Assembly (NCBI RefSeq): GCF_001194135.2
Contig: NC_068989.1
Coordinates: 2,539,427-2,603,426, forward strand
Direction of reading: 5' to 3'
DNA: 64,000 bases
Source: Octopus bimaculoides
Lineage: Eukaryota
Shown in pieces: positions 1-12,617 of the stretch (the first letter of the stretch is position 1; the number at the start of each line of letters is the position of its first letter). The translations under genes were made by a program, and so were the position numbers. Under the pieces are notes generated by a model. The model did not search any database and was not told the origin of the DNA. It saw only the letters and a list, made by a program, of their open reading frames with translations.

Positions 1-574
1 TATGTAACCCGGTGTTTGTGTGTGCGTGTTTGTGTGTGTGTGTGTGTGTGTATGTGTGTGTGTGTAACTGTTACTGAATGGAGTCTACAAAGGTTAGCTT
101 GCTGCTAAGAAATAGATATAGACACGTGACATCAAGTATGCGAATAGATGTATGCAAATGTGTGTAGGTGCACGTGTGTATATATCAGTGTCTTCAAAAA
201 ATATTAGTCCACAAATGTCTCAGAAAAAAAAATCAGTTTTACAATTTAAATTTTTATCATTATCGTTAATAATAATAACATTATTATTATTGTTTGATAC
301 AACAACTTTGCTGAAGAATATAACAAGGGGTTAGCTGTCCACAACTAGTGGAATTAGGTAAAATTCCGCATTTAGAGACATCGAGAACTCTGCGGAAATA
401 TTCTGCAGTTCTAAGCAACTCAGTATCCTGTTGATGCTTTAAATTTACATGTACCCCTTTGTAACTTGGTACTTATACATTTGTGAGCTTGGTACTAATA
501 CCCAATGCTCTAACAATGGGTATAACATTATTATTACTATTATCATTATTATCATTATCATTTCATTATTTTTT

Positions 575-1286
575 AAGGCACGCTGGGCGAAATGCTTAGC
601 GTCATTTTGTCTGTCTTTACGTTCTGAATTCATATTCCGCCGAGGTCGACTTGGCCATTCATCCTTTCGGAGTCGATAAATTAAGTACCAATTGCGTATT
701 GGGATCGATCTAATCGACTGGCCCCCTCCCCAAAATTATCGTGTTTTATGCCTTGAGTAGAAAAGAATCGTTAGCGCGCCGGACGAATTACTTAGTGACA
801 AGGTTGATTTTGCCTTTCATCCTTTCGGGGTTGGTAAATTAAGTGACAGTGAAACACTGGGGTCGATGTAATCAACTCATCCCCATCCCCGAAAATTTCA
901 GGCGTTGTGCCTTTACAAGAAAGGATTGTTATTATTATCATTATTTTTAAGGCAGCGAGCTGGCATTATCGTTAGCACGTCGGGCAAAATGCTTAGCGAC
1001 ATTTCGTCCGTCTTTACGTTCTGAGTTCAAATTCTGCCGAAGTCGACTTTGCCTTTCATCCTTTTGGGGTCGATAAAATAAGTACCAGTAAGGTACTAGG
1101 GGTCGAAGTAATCGACTAGTCCCTTCCTACCAAATTGTAGGCCTTGTACCTATAGTAGAAAGGATTATTATTATTATTCTTTCATTGAAGGCAGCGTGCT
1201 GGCAGAATCGTTAGCACGCCGAGCAAATGGCTTAGCAGTATTTCGTCCCTCTTCATGTTTTGAGTTCAAATTCCATAGAGGTCGAC
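575..1286 (+). mobile_element. Head-to-tail array of 4 family A tRNA-derived SINE copies (about 575-765, 766-926, 949-1165, 1188-1286 truncated)
   Basis: Recurrent AAGGCAGCGAGCTGGCAGAATCGTTAG (A box), GAGTTCAAAT (B box) and GACTTTGCCTTTCATCCTTTCGGGGTCGATAAA central domain (recalled as Deu/Nin-like); most copies are joined by (ATT)n tracts. Confidence 0.9.
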
Positions 1287-2226
1287 ATTGTCAAACAAAG
1301 AAGTGAAATAGAACCAGTTCCTCTTTTTATTATTGTCACAATGACCCTCCCGGGATATTATAAAATCGGGTTCACATCTTGCATACGAAATACCATAAAC
1401 GTAAAATATATATGATATCTCTAATATCAATATAACTCCTTTAATTTTATTAATAATAAAATTTCCTTATTTTTCTTATTGCATCAACCTATGATCTTCT
1501 CACTGGTATGTTTGTCTCGCTATATTCTGCCTATTCTAAATAATGGATGGGTTTTTCTTTTCCATTTTACACCGGTTTTAAATTAAGACATTAATTTATA
1601 TCTTTTTCTTTCAAGTTAACTAGCTTTGCAATGATTTTCGTTTTCATTTATACAATTTTAAACTTCGAATTTTGCTTAAACTTTTTTCATGTTAACTTGC
1701 TTTGAAGACTAATATCCACGTTAAATTACAGTTTATTTTTATCTTCTTCAACACATGCTTAGGTAGGTGTTTATTAAATAGAACCTAGCTACTGATTATT
1801 CATTATTTGAGTCTAAATCCCGTCTAAGACATTTTTAAAAGGCAACCGATTTAATTATCTTGCTGTTAAATTTTTTACGTTTCTTTCAAGATTCTCAGTT
1901 TGAATATGTAATTACCTCGCCAGTTAGATAATCGATAAAACTAACTTTGACCGTTAGATTTGAAATCTTTCTCTTGTATTAGATTTCGGATTATTCTATC
2001 TCAATTTTTATTAAAAAACCACCATATATATATTGTTTTTTTAAATTTATTTTATATATTTTCAAAAAGCTATGTCATACAATATCGCAATGATGTTTTT
2101 TCTTTTCTCTCCTACTTATGTAAGACCGTTGGATTTTAATGCATAATTATAACTACTTTCGAAAAATATAAGGACGTATCGAAACAACCGTGCTTTTTTA
2201 AGGTAATCCATAATACATGAATATAG

Positions 2227-2230
<4 letters not shown>

Positions 2231-2316
<86 letters not shown>
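2231..2316 (+). repeat. (GT)n microsatellite
   Basis: Uninterrupted dinucleotide run; representative of dozens in the window. Confidence 0.99.
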
Positions 2317-2318
<2 letters not shown>

Positions 2319-3615
2319 CTGTTAGTGAAACGTGAAGTAAAACGGGTAGTTCAAAAAGTGGAGCACTGAAAGGGTTGGCTTTGCAATTTTAGTCACGTCG
2401 TTAAATATTCTGAGTTCAAACCTATCGAGTTGAAGACCTGCATTTCTTCCTTAACGACGGCCGTTGAAATATGTCTTATGTTCCCCACGGTGAATGAAGT
2501 AATCTCATGCCCCCCTCCCCCGCTTCATCACCACTTGTAATATAACATTGAAGTTAATAATAAGTAGTGACTTCACTTCCGTTCTTCACTTATCAATTAA
2601 ATATATATTCCCCAATCAAATGCTGAGTGTCAATTAAATTAACTTTCCTATCCTCTCACTCAATTCTGTTGACAGAAATCAATAAATGTTGAAATAAGGA
2701 AGCAGAAGATGACAAGGAAATTGGTTTGTCTTGTTAGGATATGGAATCACAATCATGAATCCGGTTACATCTAACTACATTAAATTGAAGCGTCGCAATA
2801 AAATCTATAAAACTTTGCAAAATTCGCTTTTCATCATCAATATCCACAAATATAATGTAAGATTATATATACGACGAAGAAATATGAATAAAGCACTCTT
2901 ATTATTATTATTCAAAATCCTCGAGATTGAAGCATTTATTAGTTTGTTTTGATATCAAACAGATTTGAGCGGAAATTCAATTCCGTAGATGTACGCTTTA
3001 CTGAATACTTTAATATGTGTCATACTATTTAGATAAGATTCGTTGACTTTACAAATGGATACAATTTCTCACATTCATTTTGTCGGAGATTTAGAGAGAG
3101 AAATGAGCTCATACTGATAATTTTGTTAAAGGTGGGTGAGTGAGACGAATATAACCCAAATGCATGGGTTTATTCTCAGCCCATGCACCTTTAGGTTGAA
3201 GAACACACATAGACGAAGGTACTAATCCTTGGCAGTAAATTTAATCTGGGGGATAGTGATGTTTCCTGACTGGAAGTAAATTATTGTCCTTCTACTTCAT
3301 CTCTCACTTCCCTGTATACGGTTGGCTTTCGACCATGTTTTATCATCCTTAATTCTATTTAAGCTCTTCCCTTCACACAATTTTTCTAATAGACCCACGT
3401 ATTGCCATTCTTCTAACAAACATAACAACAATTATTATCCTGTCGATATAATTCCATCCCTGTAGCTTTCCTTTATGCCAAAGCCGTCTTTGCAATTCGA
3501 TTCTTACGAGATCGATAAACAGAGTAATGTTACCGATTCGATACAATCAAATAATAGTCTAGAATGGAGTGCTGTAGCATGGCCGCAATACAAAGATTTG
3601 ATCTGTAAAATGCTA

Positions 3616-3653
<38 letters not shown>

Positions 3654-3841
3654 NNNNNNNNNNNNNNNNNNNNNNNNNNNNNNNNNNNNNNNNNNNNNNN
3701 NNNNNNNNNNNNNNNNNNNNNNNNNNNNNNNNNNNNNNNNNNNNNNNNNNNNNNNNNNNNNNNNNNNNNNNNNNNNNNNNNNNNNNNNNNNNNNNNNNNN
3801 NNNNNNNNNNNNNNNNNNNNNNNNNNNNNNNNNNNNNNNNN

Positions 3842-4115
3842 AAGAGGTGGGGTATGTAGGAGTGGGTGTAAGGGATGAGATGGGGTGGGATGGGATGGAT
3901 AGGGTAGGTGGGGTTGGGTTTTGTAGGGGTGAGGTTACGAGGAAGGGTAACGATGAAGGGAGAGGGGAAGGGAGAAGGTGGGGAGGAGTGAAGGGAAGAG
4001 AGAGGAGAGTAGGAGTGAAGAGAAGTAGGAGTGAAGAGAAGTAGGAGTCAGAGCAAGAGAGGAGAGGTGGGTGGGAGGAAGTAGGTGTGAGAGGAAGAGA
4101 GTAGAGGGGAGGATT
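3842..4115 (+). repeat. Purine-rich low-complexity tract with G-runs and a 16-bp tandem unit (AGTAGGAGTGAAGAGA-like)
   Basis: Almost no C on the + strand; repeated GGG/GGGG runs; tandem unit at about 4007-4050. Confidence 0.85.
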
Positions 4116-4147
4116 TATATATATAAAGGTAATCAAAAATATTGCAC

Positions 4148-4345
4148 CGAGTTTGCAGAATCGTTAGCACGCTGGACAAAATGCCGCTTAGCATTTTGTC
4201 TGTCTGAGTTGAAATTCCGATGAGGTCGACTTTGCTTTTAATCATTTTGGGGTCGATAAAATAAGTACCAGCGAAGCACTAGGATCGATGTAATCGAACT
4301 TGTCCTTTCCTTCAAATTACTGCCTTGTGTGAAAATTTGAAACCA
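4148..4345 (+). mobile_element. Family A SINE
   Basis: GCAGAATCGTTAGCACG...GAGGTCGACTTTGC...GGGGTCGATAAAATAAGTACCAG aligns to the 949-1165 copy. Confidence 0.85.
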
Positions 4346-5389
4346 ATAAATACTGTATGTAATATTGATGTTTCTTTTTCCCATCACCTCGTTTTTCTTT
4401 CTGTATTCCGTTTCTAAAGTGCATCGTCTGCCGCTACGAAACCATGCACTCATACATAGTCTGGTTTTGACAAACGGAGGCTCATCAACTTAATAACCAG
4501 AAACGTTTGAACGCCGATCAATTTGAAATCGTGTATCTTGCAAGAACGAACGCATTTAAAATGATTTCATTCAGACATCGCTCACATTCTGGTACTGACA
4601 CCAGTATTGTTCTTAAAGCCGTTGGCATCTACTGTAAATATACCAGTACTACTTTTCCTTTAGATTTCTTAAAACTCTGCAGGCTCTGATAATATAATCA
4701 ACCATTTAAGCCAAACTGTTTAGCTATTTCTTATTTGCCATTATCCCCAAAGGTAAAAATTGAAATCTATACAATAGTTAATATCTAAATATTTTACACG
4801 CTTAATTAACTCCTTAGATTTATCATTCAAACTTGTAGATTCGCCTCGATTTTATATTATTGATGAAATTATTCAAAAACTGTCGGTATACCATTCTCCT
4901 CTTACTACTATCTCATTAAATGCCATCAGGATCATTGTCTTCCCAGCTTAAGCATGATATCTTCCTGATTCCACTCTTTGACATTAAAGAAGTAAAATAG
5001 TTCGTTTAATTCACGCGCTTTACTGAGTTCACAATTTCGATTCTGCAGCTCAAATGATTTGATAGCCGTTTCTATCAGCAAAGCATATTTATATGCGAAA
5101 GCAAAGCAATACCGTTCCTCATTCATCGCTCTTTCAACACTAAAACTTGAAGAACTACGATTCGCTCTTACATAATGTTTTCCAATAGGTTTATGACATT
5201 GTCGTATTTTACAGCTCGGAATATATATATATAAACACACACACAAGCACATATACATACACTGTAAGTATGTATGTATAATGTACTGTTCTGTGATGGT
5301 AAGATCAACAAAAAAGTAGTCCATCTGGTGAGAGGTAAATATTAGTTAACAGACGCAATACATGATATTATGTGCTTCTAATAGTTTCT

Positions 5390-5592
5390 TGTGCTGAGAA
5401 CTTGACAAGCAATGTATTATAACACGTCTGACATCTCAGCACAATTATCAAGCATAGCCCACATGATACAGCCAACTAAAAATCGAATGAGAGATTATTT
5501 TTTTCGTTCAATATGCCATCTTGGCTGTGCCTGATGACTGTGCCGAGATGTCAGACGTGTTATAATACATTGTTTGGCATGTTCTCAGCACA
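5390..5592. repeat. Fold-back inverted repeat (70-bp arms), MITE-like
   Basis: 5390-5459 matches the reverse complement of 5523-5592 at about 62/70 positions. Confidence 0.92.
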
Positions 5593-5971
5593 TATATATA
5601 TTTAAATTATGTCATTTCAAACATATTGCCAAAAAAGAAACAACAGTTCTCAAATTGCTGAACAAAAGAAATGTAATTAAAATAAAAGGAAGTATACACC
5701 TGGTTAATTGTTAGAAATACAAAGAAGATTTTAGTTTATGTCGCAAAGGTGTATTGAACCTCGAGCTTCAAGTAAAACAAGGAATTCATTTATTTTGTGA
5801 GCTGATACAGTGTAAAAGTAGGAGTGAGTGGTCACAACGAAAGTGGTCAACAATTGTATATACATCACTGGAAAAAGAGGAGGTAAATATGGGTCGAGAT
5901 TTTATATATATAGAAACATTATTATTTCTAAATCTCTCAACGAGAGACATTCAGTAACAGAACTCTAAAGC

Positions 5972-6070
5972 AAAGATTATTTGCCACCATAATGTGGCGG
6001 TTCTGGTAACCGTACGGTAAGTAACATTCGTCCCAACCGGGACCGCCACATTATGTTGGCAAATAATCTT

Positions 6071-6071
<1 letters not shown>
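5972..6071. repeat. Hairpin inverted repeat (36-bp arms)
   Basis: AAAGATTATTTGCCACCATAATGTGGCGGTTCTGGT versus the reverse complement of 6036-6071: 33/36 identical. Confidence 0.92.
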
Positions 6072-6122
<51 letters not shown>

Positions 6123-6123
6123 A

Positions 6124-6156
<33 letters not shown>

Positions 6157-7463
6157 GGAGAGAGAGAGAGAGAGAGAGACAGAGAGAGAGATGTATAGAT
6201 ACATGCAAAAAGAGGGACAGAGAGAGGGAAAGAGATGTACACTATATTTATATATGCATTATATATAAAGTAAACCATTTTACACTGAAAATTTGGTTAA
6301 TGGTTAATAGTTGACAATGGTAGGACTCAGTAAATGCTATTGGTTTATTGTGGTGACGATTTATGAAAGGAATGCAATTAATTTTTCAAAATCTGTAAAA
6401 TAGGTTCAAGCTTGTATTCTCAGCACCAGAGCACCAAGTTCAAAACCGTAACTGGTACAGTTGTCTAACAGTCGCATTAGAGACATTTTCAAGAAATAGT
6501 TCTTTTTTTTTTTCTGCTCTGATATTCGTCTTTATATTATTGACTCTTCACTCGTTACAAGTGATATCACATTTTCTTTATGGTACTTCACTGAAAACTC
6601 AGCACTTTGTAAGAATCTTGGAAATCCGTCATTTTGCTTTCGTACCAAGATATAAATGCGCCCGACAAAATATAGTGGAGAAAATTTAGGTAATTTCACC
6701 AGTTTCTACTCGAAGTTGACTACTAGAACAGTTTGACCGAATAATATATGTTCATGCATATATGTGTGCTAGCGTATGTTCTTATGTAAATGTGTCCAAG
6801 TGCCTACGGTGAATAACCTAGTTCCATATCTAAAATACTAATTAAATTTATTGCTTTAGTAACAAATGAGTCAAGTTTCATAATGTTTCCGTTAATATTC
6901 TATAATATAAGCATCAATGACAGAGCGGAAGTTTTTGTTTTGCAATAATGCTCGTAGGAGAATAATAAATCTCTTTGGCTCGTATATTATTCGCACTAGA
7001 CTTGGCAAAGCGGGATTGTTTCGGTAAATGTTATTGAACTGTCAACTGCATATTGTCAGAATCTCCAATTAGGAGCGAAGCTGTGAAAGGTTAGCAATGC
7101 TGCTTGGAATTCCAACCGAGGAAATCGAACGCTAATCATACCTAGCAAGTTCATATGTGGTGTGTGTGTGTGTGTATGTGTGAGGCAATGACCACAACAC
7201 AAGACAGCCACTTGCTGTTTTCTTTTGTGATCATTGCTTCACACACAGCGAGAGGTTTTAGCAAAATTAGTTTAAAGAAAATGGGAAAAGTTTTGACGTT
7301 TCTTATGCTTTTCTTACCTCAGAAAAAAATATAAGGCAAGAAAATATAAACAAAGAAAAGTAGTGAGAAAGAAAAGATGAGAGAGAGAGAGAGAGAGACT
7401 GACAGAAAGTCAGATAGATAGACAAACAGGTAAAGAGACAGAGAGAGAGAAAGAGACAGAGAC

Positions 7464-7496
<33 letters not shown>

Positions 7497-8012
7497 CAGA
7501 CACACAGACATATGAAAATCTCCGATAGAGATAATTTGAGAGTCGTCCAATTGAAAGTTCAGCTGAAAGGAGCATGTAACAAAAGCCCACAACGATCGTA
7601 CGTTGAATGGTTGATATAAACATAGAAGTAGTTGTACAGGATTGAATGATAGAAACCGGTAGAATCGATTGATAGGATTCCTTATCATCAATTGAATAAA
7701 AAATGGGTAGTTTACATTTGTTTATTGGATTTGCGCTACGTCCCGAGATAAAAAGAAAATTTAAGCCTTGCTAATCCAATCCATTCAGTCCAAATTTACA
7801 ACGCGGCTCAATTTATACATTTTGATTAGTTCATTAGCCGTTTCAGTCGTAGAAATCGCGCCAATAATCATAATCTTCTTATCTAGTATATCTAGATGAA
7901 ATCCAAATCCTTACAATCCATCTAATTGGACAGGGTTACTGAGATTTTAAGATTTCTTTCTTATATAGATGCAGAACAACTCCAGTATGATTGTAAATAG
8001 CTAAGCATTTCC

Positions 8013-8014
<2 letters not shown>

Positions 8015-8093
<79 letters not shown>
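8015..8093 (+). repeat. (ATT)n microsatellite
   Basis: Pure trinucleotide run. Confidence 0.98.
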
Positions 8094-8227
8094 CTATTCG
8101 CCATCCTATCGATTCGACACTTTACAGCGACCTCTATTAATGGTTCAATGTACTAATTTATACATAAAATTCATTGTCTACTTTTAGATTTACCATCATT
8201 CGGCATTGAAGACTTAGTTTTATATAA

Positions 8228-8556
8228 AGGAACGTGGCTCAGTGGTTAGGGTATTCGGCTCACGATCGTAAGGTCAGAAGTTCGATTCCCGGCGGCGCGT
8301 TGTATCTCCGAGCAAGACACTTTATTCCACATTGCTCTAGTCCACTCAGCTGGCAAAAATGAGTTGTATCTGTATTTCAAAGGGACAGTCTTGACACAGT
8401 CTGTGTCACGCTGAATTTCCCTGAGAGCTACGTTAAGGGTACACGTTAAGGCCACGCGTGGAGTACTCAACCATTTTTAAGAGAATTTCACGAGCAGGCT
8501 GTTCCGTTGATTGGGTTAGCTGGAGTGCTCGTCATCGAAACCGACGGAGTACCAGT
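8228..8556 (+). mobile_element. Family C tRNA-derived SINE, near full length
   Basis: tRNA-like head GGCTCAGTGGTTAG...GTTCGATTCCCG; body aligns with the copy at 26017-26310 (GAGCAAGACACTTTATTCCAC...CTGGCAAAAATGAG...CACGCTGAAT...TTCCGTTGAT). Confidence 0.88.
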
Positions 8557-8838
8557 TTGTTTTTTATGTGCACATTTAGTTTACACATTTGGTGCATGAC
8601 AATACAATTCTTCTATTCTGTTACAAGATTTAGTCATCACACTTGAACCACGCTGGGGCCAAACCATCAAATGCTTTTTGAGCCGAATACATCGGCTCCT
8701 GTTTTCTTCTTTCTGACACTTCTTTTATTGAAGAGCGAAGTAGAATTTTGACGTAATACGAGGCAACTCAACATACTATTTTGCACAAATGCAGACACAC
8801 ATACACGCATGCATCCAATATGCGTGTATGTGTCTGTG

Positions 8839-8903
<65 letters not shown>

Positions 8904-9248
8904 ACATACATACATCATACTAAACTTTAATATGGGATATGTATTTATATATCGTCAGCGAAGAGGACATCTCAAAATGTTTGCACCAAAATTTTTGTTT
9001 TTGCTTTGAGGCGCCGTTGGTTGAAAAGGCCATCACTGGTTCTACACTCAAACTTAACTCCTTCTTTAACACCCTCGAGCGTTGTTTCCTACATGACGGA
9101 GAAATACATGGCAAATAAGAGCGGTGCAAGAGCACAACCTTGTTTTGTCCCATTTGAGCAAGCGTCAAGAGACACATTCGTGTCCATAGAACATGATTAA
9201 CGCTTTATTTTAGTGAATCCTCACTTGTCGTTCACAAGAGAATTCATG

Positions 9249-9249
9249 T

Positions 9250-9307
<58 letters not shown>
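9249..9307 (+). repeat. (GATA)n microsatellite
   Basis: Tetranucleotide run; similar runs at about 20201, 21699, 56371 and 60771. Confidence 0.97.
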
Positions 9308-10040
9308 GCACATATATATATATAATACAATATAAACAAGGTACAGCTGAATAAGATGCTTAAAGTCGCGGCACCTAGTTAGGTCAGAATAAAATTCACA
9401 CACAACTTATAGATGAATACCAGCCTTTGCACAGACGTACTGGCAGAATGATATTCGAGTAATGTATGCAGTTAATTTGCCTCAACTGAGTATATAATCC
9501 GCTCTTGAGCTATTCAGACTATGTTATTAAATATATAGTCCATAATATACTTCAGAATATTTGCGAAGGTCATGTTCTGAGATAGGTGAATTAAAAATAA
9601 ATAACTAACAATTGAAGGACAGTTGTCAATTCATGAATTGAACACCTGTTTTTCGATTGTTTTATATATATATATATNNNNNNNNNNNNNNNNNNNNNNN
9701 NNNNNNNNNNNNNNNNNNNNNNNNNNNNNNNNNNNNNNNNNNNNNNNNNNNNNNNNNNNNNNNNNNNNNNNNNNNNNNNNNNNNNNNNNNNNNNNNNNNN
9801 NNNNNNNNNNNNNNNNNNNNNNNNNNNNNNNNNNNNNNNNNNNNNNNNNNNNNNNNNNNNNNNNNNNNNNNNNNNNNNNNNNNNNNNNNNNNNNNNNNNN
9901 NNNNNNNNNNNNNNNNNNNNNNNNNNNNNNNNNNNNNNNNNNNNNNNNNNNNNNNNNNNNNNNNNNNNNNNNNNNNNNNNNNNNNNNNNNNNNNNNNNNN
10001 NNNNNNNNNNNNNNNNNNNNNNNNNNNNNNNNNNNNNNNN

Positions 10041-10094
<54 letters not shown>

Positions 10095-10967
10095 CTACCG
10101 AATTTCTGCCAGCTAAATTCTACACACCAACACACACACTGTCTATAAAAAAATATTTTTTATGGGGCTGCACATGATAGAAACGAACCCAGGTTAGCAT
10201 GATAGTGAATCAAACATTTATCTTGGAGAAATGTAATATTAACAACTTAACTATAACTTGGCCTGAATTCTATAACTGGTTTAGGAATTGTTCAGTGGAA
10301 TATTAGCTTTACTTTGTTGGGAATGTTTTTTACTTATGTTTCAATGTATATCATAGAAATGTTATTCATGCAAGATAAACGCAGAAAAAATAAATGAGCA
10401 TTATTTTTCAAGCGTTTGTAGCCTAATGTAGCTGAAGATTCACTTCCATGTTTTGTTCTTTCGACGAAATTTTATTCCCGGCTATATTATTTCATAGCTT
10501 GCTGATTTTGTTTTCTCGTAGTTTTGTTACTTTTACGTGATATTATTTGGAGACCATATTTTTGCTATCGAATCAAAATTATAACTGGAGTTTATTATCT
10601 TTAGCAAGATGGCTTCCATCTTTGTGACGGCTACATTGTTTCATACGCACAATAAAAAAAAATCTTTGTTGTACGTCCTAATTGTATTTCTATGCGGCTA
10701 GCAACAGCGGTCGTTTTCTTTCATTCACTCATTCTCTGCTCTTGAATTATTTTTTATTCTACTTGTATAATTTACTGAAATATCTGAGAGAATGACCAAA
10801 CTGTGAAATAACAGCCTCTACAGAGGGAAAACAGTATTTTGCTAAGATTAAATTATATTCATATATACATACATATACATATACATGCATATATACATAT
10901 ATATACATACATGACATGCATACATACACATACACTCACAAACATATATATATATATATATACATAT

Positions 10968-11031
<64 letters not shown>

Positions 11032-11644
11032 CTATCTATATATATCAGTTGATAAAGAGGCAGACTTCATAGTTGAAGTTTAATCAAGACACAATGTTTC
11101 CATGTCGTTAACTCAGATACCGGAAATAGAAACAATATGACTACCTCTTTTCAAAATATTCTTTTATTTGACTTTGAAGCTCTTCTAATGTTGCCTATAA
11201 ATAATAACACTGACACAAGAATACCGGGAAATTCATATGGGTTTCTCTAATCGTGTCTTTTTTGTTTGCATTGGAAACTGTCGACATGACAGGGTTGAAA
11301 CGCTGTTTCAGTATTTCGTGAATAACATTCATGGCGACATTAACACAGCTCATATTTCAAAGAAATCGCTTCCCGTTATCCGAGTACATTGCATCATGTT
11401 GCTATGTTCTGAATTCGGGTTCGATTAAATCAGTTAATCCTTTTAATCCGTTTGCAGTCAACAAGTACCGATTATACAATGGTGTTTAATTAATCGACTT
11501 TACACTCGACTTGAAAAATTGATTTTCTATCTCGTCACAATTATACATTAGTTAATTACACTTCAGAACAAATGTATACAATTTCAGGACCAAATCCCCG
11601 ACATGTCCAATAGTTTTTTTGTTTTTTGTTGTTGTTTTTTAATG

Positions 11645-11743
11645 GGCGCAGGTATGGCTGTGTGGTAACAAAATTCACTTTCCATGCACGGGGTTTCTGA
11701 TTCAGTCCTACAAAGCGGCACCTTGAACAAATGTCTTCTACTA
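11645..11743 (+). mobile_element. Family B tRNA-derived SINE (CORE-like), 5' part, interrupted by mariner
   Basis: GGCGCAGG..TGGCTGTGTGGTAA...TTCAGTCC...GCACCTTGAACAAATGTCTTCTAC-TA aligns to the near-intact copy at 57339. Confidence 0.85.
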
Positions 11744-12530
11744 CGAGGGTCAGCTGAAAAGTTAATAAGCTGGCCAAGATACGTTCATGGAATGTAATCA
11801 AATGGGGTTTATTTTTCAGTATAGTCCCACTTGCAATCCACACAATTCTTTCGTCGATGTTGCAGTGATCGGGTTCCATTGGGGAAGGAGCTTTCATCTT
11901 GTTAGTCAAAAACATCAACAGCTGATGTGACACCACCATCACTACGATACTGGTTCCCAGCCAAGTGTTTTTTTCATGTTGGGGGACAGATGGTAGTCAG
12001 ATGGGGCGAAGTCAGAAGCATAGGGAAGGTGATCAACCAGTTCAATGACACACTCAGCCATTGAATGCAAGTGGGTGGGGTCCACTGCAGTGAGTGTCTC
12101 TTTGTTTCTGGCTCAAAGTGAGGAAGTCAACACTCATCCTGGATGAGGAAACGTTAAAAGAAACCTACTAAATCTGTCTCAGCATCAAATTTTCCCTTGA
12201 TGTAATCAGCCTGGTACTCTTTTGACCATATGTCAGGAGACCTGGCACCTGCCTAGTAGAAACACTCATTAGACAAGGATATTCTCAACTTTCTTATGGT
12301 ATATGTTAATAGCATTGGCTAATCGCCTATAATCCGTCACCATGTAGTGAATACAATCAATGTTTTCTTCGGTGCTGTTAGTTGAAGGACCTACAGATTC
12401 TAGATCGTTCTCAAGTCTCTCCCTTGCCCTCCGAAATTCAGTTGCCTGCTTTTGCACTTCTGATAAGTCTGAAACTTCGACCCCTAACGTAGCAATCATG
12501 TCAGCATGAATGTCTTTGAGGACCAAACCT
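11744..12530 (-). mobile_element. Mariner (DD34D-type) transposon relic: 5'-truncated, internally deleted transposase plus one TIR
   Basis: Minus-strand translation gives KDIHADMIATLG...EFRRARERLEND (HTH region), VSTRQVPGLLT (WVPR-like), IQDEC (first D), VDHLPYASDFAPSDYHL (YSPDLAPSD motif); TIR CGAGGGTCAGCTGAAAAGTT follows TA at 11742-11743. Stops and frameshifts are present. Confidence 0.92.
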
Positions 12531-12531
12531 T

Positions 12532-12617
12532 TTTACTCAAGGTGCTACACAGTGGGACTGAACTCGGGACCATGTGGTTGAGAAAGAAGCTTCTTACCAC
12601 ACAGCCACGCCTGAGCC
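12532..12617 (-). mobile_element. Family B SINE, 5' part
   Basis: Reverse complement reads GGCTCAGGCGTGGCTGTGTGGTAAGAAGCTT...GAGTTCAGTCCCACTGTGTAGCACCTTGAG. Confidence 0.88.

Noticed and set aside
575-1286. Repeat-spacer appearance suggesting CRISPR
   Set aside because: The units are divergent SINEs of about 200 bp with Pol III boxes in eukaryotic DNA; no cas genes.
3440-3610. Apparent exon-like sequence and the peptide AFLYAKA echoing AYLYAKA near 5085
   Set aside because: The region aligns loosely to SINE motifs (GATCGATAAA, GCATGGCCGCA) and both frames close quickly; treated as coincidence.
4932-5324. 130-codon minus-strand ORF
   Set aside because: It starts inside a microsatellite and has no recognisable domain or convincing splice sites; about 95 open codons alone are not enough.
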